DNA of 64,000 bases from Octopus vulgaris (Eukaryota). The stretch spans positions 92,938,001 to 93,002,000 of the forward strand of contig OX597819.1 of assembly GCA_951406725.2 (NCBI GenBank). Reading direction: 5' to 3'. Each line of letters opens with the position of its first letter. Positions within the stretch are counted from its first letter, which is position 1. The notes beneath the pieces are model-generated. The model made no database searches. It saw only the letters and a list, made by a program, of their open reading frames with translations, and was not told the origin of the DNA. Shown here one piece after another: positions 13,702 through 30,489 of the stretch. The translations under genes and the position numbers were made by a program.

Positions 13702-14089
13702 GTCCATCGTTTGTACTATTGTGCATTGTTGTGTCATTCAAATTATTGTTTATTCTTTACAAACGATACACAATGCTTCAAGCGAACTACAATACGCTCC
13801 TATCTCTACGCCTGGGCCAGGCCGAGTTCGCAACCGCTAGGGAGTTGATCAAACTATCTGAAAAACGTGCTAAAATCGGATGCCAAATAAACTTTCTTAA
13901 AACCGATTATAGCAACGACTCCATCAATTCCTAGGGATATCTGAAGAAGGAATTTTATTCCGAAATATCGTATCAGATTATGGATGATTCCTGGAATCAT
14001 GGAAGCTACATCCAAATGCCCAGAGAACTTAAAGATTAGAGTTCCTTGTTTGTATTATAGGGCATTGTGTCATTCAAAATATTTTATAC

Positions 14090-14098
<9 letters not shown>
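13702..14098 (+). mobile_element. Mini Penelope-like or retrozyme-like element with terminal direct repeats and HHR
   Basis: ~60-bp diverged direct repeats 13702-13764 / 14041-14098; ORF start at 13773 (MLQANYNTLLSLRLGQAEFATARELIKLSEKRAKIGCQINFLK); HHR at 13937-13978. Confidence 0.6.
13937..13978 (+). ncRNA. Minimal type I hammerhead ribozyme
   Basis: atat-CTGAAGA-a-GGAAT-ttt-ATTCC-GAAA-TA-tcg-TA-TC-agat; one mismatch in stem I. Confidence 0.7.
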
Positions 14099-14131
<33 letters not shown>

Positions 14132-15388
14132 CACACACACACACTCACACACACACATATATATATATATTAATAAATAAAATAAAACATATGCATATAT
14201 ATAAACATATATGTACGTACCTACCTCTACATGTACATATACAAGCATATATGAGTACAGGACACCAAAAGGACGTCGAACACAATGAGAAACGAAAACA
14301 TAGACACAAACCAAAGGAACTGGACATTTTTTTAAACAAAAAAAAAAATAGAGTACAGGACAATTAACACAAAGAAAAAACCCCTTCTTCAGTCGCTATG
14401 GTTTCATCTACTCTGCGCTTCAATAGTCTGCCATATGCATGATACATGACTGTTTAATAATTAAGTATAAATATGTTTAATGTTATGAACATTTAATACC
14501 TAATTAAAAGCAATTATGCGATGAGAGAAAAATAACATTTATCGGATAGTATGGTAAAAGTTATGGCTTACTAAGCGGATATAATAGTAAAGCAAATTAT
14601 GCTCAGACTTATTTCTCCCGTAAATGACAAAAACGATATCAGTCCCTTAGTAAATATGGTTTGCGCTTTTTCTCATTAAATATATGTAATTAGATATTTA
14701 ATGCTCAATTCATTAAATATTGCAGCACTAATTTAACTGTTCTCTTTCCTTCCATATGGATATCAGATGAAAAATTAACTTGACAAAGCAGTGGGGAAAG
14801 CACCTCTTCTACGAGAAAGTCACTCCCACATAAATCATGCAGTCAATATAGTACCAGTCATTTTGCCGAGCTTATCACTGGAACCTACAATTGGTCACTG
14901 GAACCCGAGGGCGTAGAAAAAGTGTTTTACAAGCTTTGGCCTCTTAAGTGAAATGAAGTAAAAATGTCTCACTCTCATTTCATTTCTTGATCCGTTTTGT
15001 ATTGTATAATGTCTTACGGCGATGGAAACGCGGCTTAAATATCATTTGTGAGGAAAAGATGAAATCCTATCGAATCGCCAGTTTACTACTATATATAAAT
15101 AGTGCAAAAGCTGTTCGATGATGTACCGCGGCAATGCATATGTAAGATTGAATTCAACAATGAATCAAAATAACGTATTAAAAAGATTCGATTCCTTCCC
15201 GGTTCGATTCACGTACGTGTTATTGATAACCGACACGAGGTGAGTCGTCTAGCCTGTCTTTCACTTTCAGGTATTGTAACAGAGCGTTGTAGGGGATTCA
15301 TCCCCAACCACTACACCACAGCGAATTCGGTGAACAAAGTACATACGCTGAGTATATACCATCGAAAATGCTTACACACACATAAAAA

Positions 15389-15460
<72 letters not shown>

Positions 15461-15549
15461 ATATATATACATACACACACACACACATATATATATGTAT
15501 ATGTATATATATATGTATATATGTATGTATATATATATATATATATATA

Positions 15550-15754
15550 TTTCTTTACTGCCCCCAAGGGGCTAAACATAGAGGGGGGTAAACAAAGACA
15601 GACAAATTAAGTCGATTACATATATATATATATGTCCGAAAGGATGCGAGGCAAAGTCGACTTCGGTGGAATTTGAACTCCGAACGTAACGACAGACGAA
15701 GTACCGCTAAGCATTTCGCCCGACACGCTAAAGTTTCTGCCAGCTCACCGCCTT
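15550..15754 (-). mobile_element. SINE (family A)
   Basis: Reverse strand head aaggcggtgagctggcagaaac..gttcaaattcc; homologous to the 51845-52727 array. Confidence 0.85.
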
Positions 15755-15755
15755 G

Positions 15756-15846
<91 letters not shown>

Positions 15847-15858
15847 GTATAAAGACGA

Positions 15859-16492
15859 TAAGAAATGGAGCAATAAATAACAGCGAGAAGTGGATCATTG
15901 GTGTTATAAAGTCATTATTTAATTAAAATGAGAGTATGTTTACAGCTGTTTTAGTATATCAGTCTTGGCTAAAATTGCATTTACCGCGATGCAACTGATA
16001 GACATCATCAGAACGACTATATGGCAAAGATAAATAGAAGAGGAAAATAGAAAGAAAATGTACAGAAAGGAGAGGAAAAAAGGGAAAATGTTCGCTAATT
16101 CAATGGTCTTACATTTGAGTGGGGCCCCATAATCCAATATATTAGTTGGACGATAGAAGAGAATAGAGTCGGTTAAATCCAACTCTCTTCTATCCTCCAG
16201 CTAATATATTCAGTAATGGACCCCAACAAAATGTAAGACTATTGAATAAACGAACATTTTCTTTTCTTTTCTTTTTTCCTTTTGATGTCTATCAATTGCA
16301 ACGAGGTAAATACATATTTTATAACACCATTGATCCACTTCTCGCTGATATTTATTGCTCCATTTCTTAAATATATTAAACTTTTTTTCTTTTAATTTAC
16401 CTACTACCGTACACCTTATGACAAGGACCATACATACTGAAGTAATACCAGGAGTGTCTATGGATACTTCTATCCCTTAGATGGTTACATTA

Positions 16493-16495
<3 letters not shown>
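15859..16495. mobile_element. Diverged palindromic HHR-bearing element
   Basis: Inverted repeats 15859-15910 / 16318-16369 and ~16084-16161 / ~16184-16261; hairpin centre near 16175. Confidence 0.75.
15938..16014 (-). ncRNA. Decayed type I hammerhead ribozyme
   Basis: Reverse strand: gtt-CTGATGA-t-GTCTATCAGT...ACTGATATAC-tAAAA-CAGCTG-TA-aac; the expected cGAAA reads tAAAA. Confidence 0.6.
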
Positions 16496-16543
<48 letters not shown>

Positions 16544-17261
16544 GTGTGTGTATTAAATAATAAAACAAATGTTTTTACAACTGGTAGCTTACATATATCA
16601 AACGAAATTCCTATCATTATACAAAGCATCCTTAAAATAGCTCATCTTTCTTCATCTGCTTATATTCCAGCACCCTGAAGTGGTCGTCAAAATAAAAATT
16701 GACATAATTTTAACAACAAATTAAGTGCAGATGTTATAACCAGGAAAACCATATTGCCACAGTACCAGTATAAACCAGTATCAGCCGTCTAGTTGACTTG
16801 ATATTCGTGAAAATTCGATATTAGGGAAATCAAAATAGTTATATTCTACATGTATTGAATAATTTTTTCTTGGTTCTTATAAATAATACACTAATTTATG
16901 CACTCACACATATATATGTTTGAGTGTATATGTTTATGTGTGTCTGTTAGTTTGTGAGAGATTGCATGCGAGTGTGTCAGTGCACGGCTCTATGTGTGTG
17001 GGTTTGCATATAAGAAAACATTAGTATACAATAATTCAGACATCAAAATTGTTGCGTAATGAATTACAGACAACGTAGGAAATTTTCTGAAATGCTCTGT
17101 ATAAAAGAAACAGCCCTTGCTACCACAGCATGTACGATCCTTACAATGTCTCATTTTGCAGTAAGTGGTATTTTATAATAAACGCCTATAATGTTATGAG
17201 CTAAAGATATGTAAATGCCCATGCATGCTTAATTTTTCTCACATTTATTTTCTCACACATG

Positions 17262-17640
17262 GGTGCAGGCATGGTTGTAAGAAGCTCACTTTGAAAATCA
17301 CGTATTTCATATTCAGTCCCATAATGCAGAACATTAGGCAAGAGTTTTCTATATCTCCGGACTGACGAATGCCTTGCTAGTAAATCTATCAGGAGGAAAC
17401 TGTGTGGAATCGGTCGTGTATATATATCTGTATGTGTGTGTGTGTGTGTGTGTTTGTGTTTCTCCGTCAGTGTTAGTTTGTTTACGTCCCCGTAAGTTTG
17501 CGGTTCGGCAAAAAATGTCGATATTAAAAGTGCTGACTTGGAAAATAAGTGTTGGGATTGATTTGTTCAACCAAAACCTTTAAGGCAGTGCTCTAGCATG
17601 GCCACAGATTAGTGACTGATAACAGTAGAAGACAAAGATT
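17262..17640 (+). mobile_element. tRNA-derived SINE (family B), degenerate
   Basis: Colinear with the reverse complement of 9937-10385; 3' end gctctagcatggccacag..tgactgataacag. Confidence 0.75.
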
Positions 17641-18239
17641 TAATGACACCTCCTTACGTCTGACTAACGGGATCGGGAGTGCGACGTAAAAAAATATTGT
17701 CTCATTTATTTATGCTCGTACACAATTTGAGGTTTAATTAATTAGATTAGACAGTGAGTTTCATTATTTGAGACCCGATACATTACGTAAGAGTTAAGTA
17801 AGATGATCGAGAAAAATCGATTATTTGACCCTCTCCAGAATTTAAGGAGTTGCGTCTTTGCTAGACATCAATATTTAATATTGCTCAGCATTCAGCATTG
17901 TACAAACTAAAGTAAGCAATTTCAATATATTGTTACGCAATTATAGTTTCTGTTGCGCACACAATTGAAGTATAATTTCTGTATAAAAATATATGATTTG
18001 GTTTACGAAATTGGAAATTGTAAAACTTATTTTGAATAGATACACGGAAAATTTTTTCTGATACATCCCACGCCGGTTTCAATGCTGGAAATATTTTATG
18101 AATAGGAATTCCTCAACAAATACATCAAATTATAAGAGGAGTCTTCAATACGAAAGTAATTTGTTATAACTACACGCAAATTAATAGATAAGTAAATAAA
18201 TGAATGAGAGTATAGTATATTAATAATTCCCTTTTGTTA

Positions 18240-20212
<1,973 letters not shown>

Positions 20213-23200
20213 CAACAGACAATTTATAGTATTTTGATATTGTATAAAATTGGCGCTGTTAAGTTATAAATGGCATAAGTCGCTATTAGCCTTAAGCGTA
20301 TCTGTTGCTTTTGCGAGTAAGTATTTTCAGTATGTGAGGCTGAATTATGTGCTTAAAACGTGATTTACAGTTGTAGTTTTCTGTATCTTAGCGAGTTTTT
20401 GAAAACTAATCGAATATTTTTTGCATTTATAGTTGCACCGTTGTTGTGTTTAGGGCTAAAATTCTGTACTGTGCATCTTACTTTTAGCTTTGTAGTGTTT
20501 CAGCAACTGGCTAGGCTTGAATAAGTGACTATAACTGAAAAACAAAATTCCTAGACCCGGTTTATATATTAGGCAATATATTCATGAGGTTGCTGTCACA
20601 GTGCAGCAAATTTTGATGAAGGCAAATTTTTGCACTAGTTTTAAGGCCTTTCAAATAAATGTTCTTCGTGTAACATAATTATGAGTAACTTTTCAGTATT
20701 GACGTTTTTTTTCCGGACAGAAAACAACTAGACAACTCGAGCAAAAGGAAAATATTTTAGAAGTGAAAGTTAAAACATTTTTTGCCTGTTTTTGTAAAAT
20801 TCGCTTCCAGCTGCTCAAGGAATTCATAGACTTGTTAAATATGTTTATTCTAGAAGTGGATGAAAGAAGACAATTCTTGAAGGCTCTGGTAATATTTATG
20901 GCGTGTATCATTATTTACTTATGCCTCCTAATTCTGAAAATAAAGAAGCTTTGCCGAGAGTACCTTCAAATTTCGAAGACAAATAAGGTCTAGAGAAATA
21001 ATTCCTAATGGTATTTTTGCTATCACATTAAACCGTAACCATCTTTTGCAAGAAATTATAACTTATTAGCATACACTGATCTTGCATTATGTGTTTTATG
21101 TTCTTCTGTAGAGCCGAGCAGACAAAAACAACTTCTAGACTCCTTACATATGATCCACCAGAACAATCAATATGTGACATCAGGAAGAATAGAAGGCTGC
21201 ACCAACACTCAGTGAGGATTCATTTCATTTGAGTTGACTGGAGCGTCGAGAAGTGGAATGCCTTGTTCAAGGATACAACGTGCTAGTGTCTCAGAAATCG
21301 AACCGAGGACCGTATGATGGTGACTGTATGGTGACCGTGTGACGGTGACTTTAAATACTATGCCATGCATCTTCATTTCTGACATTCAATCAAAGGAGAG
21401 TAGCAATAAATATTGCATGGAATGATAGGGTGAAGTGATATGTAATGTGGAGCTGAATAAATCAGCTACAGAAGAACATATAGGATATATCTACATTTTT
21501 TAGTTGACTATTTGCGGAATAAATCCTTGCATTATATGACCTTCTTCAGCGAATTAACTACTAAAATGACACTGCTTAAAACTTTTGATAACTTATATGA
21601 CAGAGACCAAAATAGTACAATAAGGCATACTTTTTTCGCAATCTTGTGTTCAAATCTAAATCTGACAAACGGTTACTTGTCATCGTTATTTTTTTTGTCA
21701 ATAAAATAAGTATCAGTCATTTAATGCGGTCGGATCATTCAGCTCTAGCCATTCCCTGCAGACATATTTTAGCAAATTGAGCCTATATGAAAATTATTTT
21801 GATATGTTATTGAACAAATATATTATTATATATAATATTGATATATTTCTTTTCACTTACATTTATATAAATGCGTATATTTTTACCATCATATTAAGCA
21901 GGTCGATTATTTTATTTACTTTATCATCTTCTCAATGCATTTGTAATAATCTGAATTCATGATCAATGTTAATGATTACAGGGGGTATGTAGGTGGCGGA
22001 TTGGCTAAAATTATAAAACAATGGATTGAGGATTTCATAGTGTTTAGTCTTGTTCAGCTAATTATAGGATCACTGGGATCGATATACCAATATATCATTA
22101 TGAATACAGGGCTAAACTCAAACGACTGTGGTATTCGTGGAAAAGAACTGGCTTCATGCCACAACAGAGGATTACAAACTTTTGAGTGTAGTGTATGCTT
22201 ATATCACTGGCGGAAGACCTTACTGTCAAATATTGATCTGTTAATCAAAATGAATCCGTTTCTTCATTTACACATTAAAATGTAAGTCATGTATGTTCGG
22301 ATACGTGAGTACGTGGTGATTATGTATGTGTGTGGCTTTATGACTATGTGTACTTCGCAACAGTGTACTTCCGCGTTCAATCTCATAGTGGTATAGCTTA
22401 GGCAGACGTCTTCTGTTGAAGCCTAGCATGACCGTTGTGGAAACTGTACAGAAATCTGTCATATGAGGATATGTAGCTCCTTAGGTTAAGGCTCCCAATG
22501 TGAATAGACATTTTGACGTTCTGCTGGTGTAGTAATTTACAAAGAGAGCGGAATTCGATTCATGTAATTCAATCCATATTATTTCTCTCCCCCTCGCCCT
22601 CTCTCTTTCTCTATGTCTATATGAATTCGCTTATATACATATGTATGTACGTGTGTATGTGTATTTTTAATCTTTCTCACTCCCTTTGCCACCTCTCTCA
22701 ATACATATATCAACTTTTCTATTAAAAAGATATATCAACCTAAAATTTACTCGCCTTTATTTATAGCTTTATCTTTTCAGTCTTTGTGCCTATAGTAGAA
22801 AGGATTTATAGCTTTATCTTCTTCGAGATTGTCCGTTTTTAAACAGAATTCTCCCACGCTCTCGAAAGTTCTAAATTTTATGACGTCAAGTATATATACA
22901 TGCAAACACACACAAAGACATATATGTGTGTAGGCATTTATGCATACGTCTGCATGTGTATGGGTGTATGCATGCAGTTGTACATATGTGTGTATATATG
23001 ATTGTCTCATTGTGTGCGTGTGTGCTTATATCATTCGCAGAATGATTTACACGTCGCTCAGGAAACTGAAGAGCAGATGGTGCTTTACATTTAGAAGTTG
23101 TCTTAAACTATTGATCTACAGTGATATAGATCTTTCTGTATAACTGCCACAGTCAGAAACGTAGCGTGTCACTTACTGGCTTGTTTAAACCTAGGCGAAT

Positions 23201-23411
23201 GGCTGCAGATTGCGATACAAAATTTAAAGAAAGAAATAAAATATGCGCGTCTTATCTGGACATATTTACTCTCTAGATGTGTTAAACAACTGCTTAATCC
23301 TGCCTAATCATTGCAATTTCAAATTAATCCGAGACCTCCACTGGCAAATCAAATGAACTAACAGTTGTATGCTGACTATCCCTAGCGTACCGGTGATGAA
23401 ACATATGCTTG

Positions 23412-23749
23412 AATTGAAACTCCCTTCGGTCATGACTGACCGTGGGATTGCACCTAGAAAGTTACCCTCCTAGACACAAGTTCGGACAAAGTTGTTTATG
23501 GAAGACCAGCAGTTGCCCATGCATACCGGCCTCCCCTCTCCGCGCCACCAGTGTTATCCAAGGGAAAGGTAAAGGCCGATACAGCTTGGCACCTGTGATG
23601 TCGCAACTCATTTCTACAGCTGAGTGAACTGAAGCAACGTGAAATAAAGTGTCTTGCTCAAGAATACATCATGCAGCCCGATCCGGGATTCGAACTCACA
23701 ACCTCACAATCGTACGCTCGACGCTCTGACCACTGAGCCATGCGCCTTC
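23412..23749 (-). mobile_element. tRNA-derived SINE (family C) with 11-bp TSD
   Basis: TSD acatatgcttg at 23401-23411 and 23750-23760; head gaaggcgcatggctcagtggtcagagcg..gttcgaatccc. Confidence 0.9.
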
Positions 23750-24591
23750 ACATATGCTTGGATATATATATAATAAATCACTAACGTCTACCAAGTAGAT
23801 AGTTTCTACCGACGACCAGAACTCTAAGAAGACTATCATCCAACAATTTTTTCCTTAGTGTTTGGGAAGATCTTCCGAAAACGCTTCTCTCTCTCAAATT
23901 AAAGGCGCAGGTTTTAGGCAATGTGGCTCCTTGCCAAAGAATCTTTAATATCTTTACAGAATTCTCTTACCTCTACTCTGCAAATATGAGGTTCCTCTTA
24001 GTAGTGCTACCGCGGAGAAAGCTTCTGCGTTACTTACTCGCTTAACATATAACTCAACATTGCATACACTCAGCAAAACACAAAGGAAACTGTCTTTACT
24101 CCCGTCACCAGTTTCACCATCACGTACACATATGCCTGCAAAATCCAAAGCACCTTCCATTACATGAAAACCAATTAGGCCACCAGCTCTTGTAATGTTT
24201 CTTTTGTTATCCCTAAACACTAGACATCAAACAAAGTGCCTATCATTACTAAACATTTCTGATTTATTGTGTAGAATTATTCCTGATATCGCGATCTAGA
24301 GTATCTTAAATTTCTAAGAGATCGATCTCTGATTAATTACCACAGATACTTGGAATATGAGCAATATACTCTTACAAGTGTCTATTCTTCCACTCTCTGT
24401 CTGCTCAGAATATCATAAATGCCGTGATATTGCTGGATTTATACTATAAATTTTTCACCCATCTACAAGGGAAATTTCTGAAGCTAATTACAGAATAATT
24501 TATAATTATGATAAAGTAAGTAGGTACAGAGACCATATTTCTCAATAATTATCTTGCTTCCTCACTCACTAACTCTCTCCTTCTTTTGTGC

Positions 24592-24639
<48 letters not shown>

Positions 24640-25536
24640 GTGTGTGTAAGTACGCTTATGTATATCAGTGTGTACATGGGCGTATATATCTACTTCAAAT
24701 TTACGTAGATATTATCTTATTCCTTGCGTTTCAGAAATTTATGTATGCACGCATTCATACTTGACTACATCGGCAGAATTCCTTTTCGTTCTTCAAGTCG
24801 GGTTCGAAACCTCACAAAGCGAAAGATTCCCTTATATCAGGCTAAGAAATAATACCAGACCTCCAAGCTGATATAGTAGAACATCTCTAAAACAATGGCT
24901 TTGTTTTTGCCTTGTTATATATATTTTTTTTAATACAACATATTGTTGATAGGAGGTAAGAAAACTTCTTTACTTTTTACGATGGCCAAATATGTGCCAA
25001 CGGAACAAAAATGATGGATAAATTGAATAGATGGAAGTTATGCCAGTCGGAATGAAATTGGCAGACAGATTTCATTATAAAGTAAATTTGCTGGTATTCT
25101 ATCAAAACTAAGCTAATTAATTGGACATTGGAACATTTTGGCGAGACTATTGTTGTTACGTAAATCATTGATTAATTAAAATTGTTAATTTCGAACCTTG
25201 TTTCGCCTTGATTTCATTCATTCTTTCTGAAAGGTTAATCAATAACTTTCGAGAAATGCACTATGGATGGTTTCCCAGACCAAATGACTTCAATTACTTA
25301 AACTAATGCTCTGGAAAAGTCATGAACATCCTCATTTGTCAAACATTCTAAACGTGAAGCTTTATGTCTTTATTTAAGAAATTTTTGTTTCAGAAAATCT
25401 TCATTCGCACTCATTTAAAATAATCTGCTTCGAAGTTGCGAAAAATATCTATGGAAATGTAAATGAGTTTTCTGTCTACGTACATACATGCATACATACA
25501 CACATACATACATACATACATACATACATACATACA

Positions 25537-25567
<31 letters not shown>

Positions 25568-25588
25568 GTATATCTATATCTATCTATC

Positions 25589-25663
<75 letters not shown>

Positions 25664-26814
25664 ACACATATATATTTCACTCGTTTATAACTTGTGTATA
25701 CATACACCGGATCGGAAACTGCTGTTGATTGATGAAAGACGCACCTGCGGCAACCATCCTATTTTGTTTATCTGGGACAACTTTGTGTAATTTATCTTTA
25801 TTTAAAACAGTAGGGTGTTATTAGCTACTATTTCAGGCAGCTCAAAAGACTAAATAGAGGCTCCATCGCTGGTTCCTTTTATACGTTTCGTTGTTGCTGT
25901 TAATGTATTTTCGAAAGTTTGTACTTTCGCGATTTCTGTGGAAGTCTGTGCATGAGAAAAGACTGTATACATTCTTCACTGTTACGCTTAATACTTCACC
26001 CGGTTTAACAGCACCACGTGACGATCCACTCTTTTTGAAGTCTTCTTATTTATGCCATTAAAAGAATAAAACAGGTAGTTAGAGTTATAACTGAAGAAAA
26101 CTTTACACTCGAAGCAAAAATACGGATGAGTCGTTCCTTGATTCTTGAAAAGTCATGTTATGTAAATGCTTCTCATGGTAGATTACAGAAAAGTTAAATA
26201 TCTTGATTAAAGAATGAAAAAAAAAACAGGAATGAGAGTAAATACGAAATCCTGACCTTTAAAGCAACTTAAAGTATAAACAATGTCCTACAATCTATTC
26301 GGTTATTGTCCTTAACCATATCTCGAAGTAATGAGCAAATAACAACAACAACAACAACAACAATATATTGACAGAGACAAATCGATAACCACTATGATAA
26401 AACTTGAAAGATGCGAACGTGAGTGGCAATCATAAAGGAAATGCAAAAAAAAAGTAAATAAACAAACTAACAAGCAAAAATGGTAATAAAGCTAAGAGAT
26501 TTACTTAATCAATAACGGTCGTTGCATCTGTTTTGTTCGGATACTATAAATATATTATTACAACATGATGCTGCAATTATCAAGAACTCTATCAACTAAG
26601 CATGTTTATAGCAAAACTCTTCTTGCAACATTGTTATATTAACGGATTCTTCTTGAAGTCTGCGCCGGAGCCGGAAGTTTACGCTTTTGGCAGCTAAGAC
26701 ACCTTTCCATTATCAATTTGGCGACTGTTCGAATACTCCTTACGTGACCTAAGATGTATATTATGTTTTGTTTTCTAGACTTGAAATTTCTTTTTATACA
26801 TATCACAAAGTCAA

Positions 26815-26938
<124 letters not shown>

Positions 26939-27175
26939 CATGAATGTTCCTGCATATGTGTTTATAAAAAATAAAGAACATACGCTCTTCTTTACTTTGG
27001 TATATACCTATAAACATGTGTGACTGTGTATGTGTGTACATTATGTCTATCTATCTATCGACATACATATATAGATACATACATACATACATACATACAT
27101 ACATACATACATACATACATACATACATACATACATACATACATACATACATACATACATACATACATACATACA

Positions 27176-27234
<59 letters not shown>

Positions 27235-27598
27235 ACGCAGACAAAATGACTGAAACAAATAAAAGAATAAATATTTATATATTAGAGACAAGACAGTGAG
27301 AGGCAGAGAACGAGAGAGGAAGAGGGATTGGATGGGGATACAAAGGCAGACTGTATGTACCCTACACCTCCTTAGAGAACAACAAATGCTTTCCCAATTA
27401 TAGCTTTTTCAATTAAGTAACATGGCAAATATCCTTGGTAAATGCTTCAATAACATAATACTATTATTCCCACACCCAGAATTTTCAAACTGAAAGCGGA
27501 AATGTGAAACGTGATGTCTTTTCGTTTGTTCTTTAGCGTTCTCTCGCCGTCCTGTTTCCTATCTATTTCTTTGCCACTGGATATATATGTATATGTAT

Positions 27599-27653
<55 letters not shown>

Positions 27654-27662
27654 ATACATTAC

Positions 27663-27729
<67 letters not shown>

Positions 27730-27984
27730 GTATATATTAACATATATACATATGTATATACGTATGTATATATATATTGCACACATATACATAAACTCGT
27801 ACATATAGAGCCATGCGAACGTATATTTATGCATATTTGTTGCCAGAAAACATTTACAAATATATAGGAAATATTATATTTGTATATGTATATATTTTAG
27901 ACGCTGACATACATACACACACATTTACATATACATCGTAAACATATTAATGTAATAAACATAACAATAATCCGACAGACGTAT

Positions 27985-28190
27985 TGTTTTCAAATTTTGG
28001 CATAAAGCCAGCAACTTCGGGGAAGTGGGGCAATTGATTACTTCGACCCCCTCCCAAGGACTGAACAGGTACTTATTTTATCGACTCCAAAATGATGAAA
28101 GGTTAATTTGAACTCAGAATGTAAAGCCAAGTGAAATGCCGTATAGCATTTTGTCCGGCGTGTTAACGGTTCTGCTAGCACGCTGTCTTA
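27985..28190 (-). mobile_element. SINE (family A), degenerate
   Basis: Homologous to the 51845-52727 units. Confidence 0.7.
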
Positions 28191-28752
28191 ATAATTCATT
28201 AGTAATATATTTTTGTATTTTAAAATAGGGCCCAATGAAGTAGATAACAGCATTACACAGCTAATAGAAAAACTTGGACACACAACGGTTACTTGTGAAG
28301 TCGGGGCATAGAATTATAATATTATTCACCAAACAATTGCGCAAGTTACTTTAATGTATTACATAAGTAATAACACAAATTATAACAGTCTATCTACTAA
28401 TAACACTAAATATACTTAAAAGATATGTTAATGAAGGACGAAGCATCCAAACAACGGTGTTAGATTAAAGATCCTGCCTATTCTGAGGTTTATACAATAT
28501 GCTTCTGACTGCCAGAAGTAATGTCAGTTTTGGTAGGAAAGTATGTACAGTAGTCAATAAACCTCTCTCGTTTTCACCAGCTGTCTTACTTTCAAGTGTA
28601 CATCATGCACTGCTCTCGTCCCTTTGTGACCAGCACCAGCACTCATCTATTATCTTCGCTGAATTGCGAATAAGTGATAGGAAGTTTTGACCTAGTTTCT
28701 TCCGGAAGAGGTGTGGATCTTCAGTTGTTCTGCATATATATATATATGTATA

Positions 28753-29740
28753 TATCGGGTTGGCAAGAAAGTAATTTTGACTTTTTAGTGTGAAATAAAA
28801 ATCATTTTTTCCATACAAATAATGAACTTTAATCAATTATATATTTTCCATTTTGTTCGATGACCTTTTGCCATCTTTATGGCAACGTCATGATACCGCG
28901 ATCATAGAACTATTGGTCCTTATCAGCCAAACACTGAAGCAAGTGCGATTTCAGGTCATCATCATTATAGAAAGTTCTACCATTCAAAGAATTTTGGAAA
29001 CTTCGAAATAAATGGTAATCAGAAGGTGCAAGGTGAGGATTATATGGTGTATTTGATATCTCTTCCCAACCAAACTACAGTAATTTTTCAGGAGTTAGCA
29101 TAGACGTCTGTAGCCTAGCGTTGGTATACTGGAACACGATTCCTTTACGATTTGCCAATTCTGGCCATTTTCTTTGATTACTTCCATCAGTTTCATTAGT
29201 TGTTGTCAGAAAACATCTGAATTGATCGTTTGGTTATTTGAAAGCAGCTCAAAATATATAATACCTTTCTAATCCCACCAAATTGACAGCATGACCAGTT
29301 TTTGATGCAATTCAGCTTTCGATATGGTTTGTGCTGGTTCATTACGCTTGGACCATGATCGTTTTCGATTGATGTTGTTGGAGACAATCCATTCTTCATT
29401 ACCAGTGATGCTTCGTTTAACAAAAATGTCGATTTCATTGCGTTTGCAATGCCTATCGCAAATATTGATTCGTTGTGTTAAATGAATCTCTTTCAATTTA
29501 TGTGGAACCCAAATATCGAGCTTTTTTACGCGTCCAAGACATTTTCAGTGATTTTCAATTGTTGTGTGTGATACATTTAAACTCGCTGGAATCTCTCGCA
29601 CAGTTATATGACAATCAGATTCAAAAGCTAAACGTAACAGCCATCAAATGTCAAAAGGAAATCATCATAATATTGGCTCGTCGATCAAAAATATCGTAAC
29701 TATTTGCGAAAAACGAAATTACTTTCTTGCCAACCGAATA
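28753..29740 (-). mobile_element. Mariner transposon, internally deleted (mellifera-like TIR)
   Basis: TIR core ggttggcaagaaagtaatt at both ends with TA termini; WVPHK, ITGNEEWIV, KLVMLSIWWD and PHLAPSDYHLFRS motifs; N-terminal HTH deleted. Confidence 0.92.
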
Positions 29741-29757
29741 TTATATATATATATATG

Positions 29758-29893
29758 CCAGCTGAGTGGACTGGAGCAACGTGAAATTTAGTGATTTGCT
29801 CAAGAATACAACGCATCGCCCGGTCCAAGAATTGAAAACACAATCTTACGATCAGGATGCTGACACCCTAACCACTAAGCCACGCGCCTCCAC
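29758..29893 (-). mobile_element. tRNA-derived SINE 5' fragment
   Basis: Reverse strand: ggaggcgcgtggcttagtggttaggg..ttcttgagcaaatcac. Confidence 0.7.
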
Positions 29894-29957
29894 ATATACA
29901 TACATCCATATATAAATATCTATATATATTTATGTATACATATATATATATACATAC

Positions 29958-30004
<47 letters not shown>

Positions 30005-30054
30005 ATGTATATATATTTATGTATACAAAAATATATACATACATTATATATATA

Positions 30055-30440
30055 TAACCCCCCTCCTGTGGTTCACACATTTATTCCATCTGTGTTGCAC
30101 AGCTTGCATCCCATTGGCGAAGAAGTTTTCGTCCTGTTAATCAAAAAACTAAACAACAACAGATAGGACGTCATCATCACTCTGAGACTGGTTCCCAAGC
30201 AGGTATTTTTTTCATGTTGAAGAACAGATGATTGTCAGATATGGCCAAATCAGGAGAGTAGTGAAGGTGATCAATAGGTTCAAAATAACATCCATTGAAA
30301 CGAAGGACATGTGTACTGGAGCATTGTTCTAATGAAACACAGTTTTCGTCAGTTTTTCTGGGAGTATGGTGTCGATAGTCTTTCGTAAATACCTTAACAA
30401 GTTGGCAAAGTACTCTCTGTTCATGATATTGCCCCTTTCA
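30055..30440 (-). mobile_element. Mariner transposase 3' remnant
   Basis: Reverse translation gives FH*NNAPVH, HYSPDLAISDNHLFFNMKK and [21 protein letters not shown]. Confidence 0.8.
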
Positions 30441-30489
30441 AGATGTGGTTGGCAAGCAAGCTACTTGCCACACAGCCACTCCTGTAGAA

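Noticed and set aside
14250-14430. Minus-strand CTGAAGAAGGGG in a pLTR-like repeat
   Set aside because: No downstream GAAA and stem III; cannot be folded as an HHR.
20230-21000. Possible very old DNA transposon remnant (SKF..L and ENYNCK on the minus strand)
   Set aside because: Motifs are too short and broken to assign.
23790-24500. Possible decayed LINE RT (GFRQ..FNIFTE)
   Set aside because: Only one weak motif was seen.
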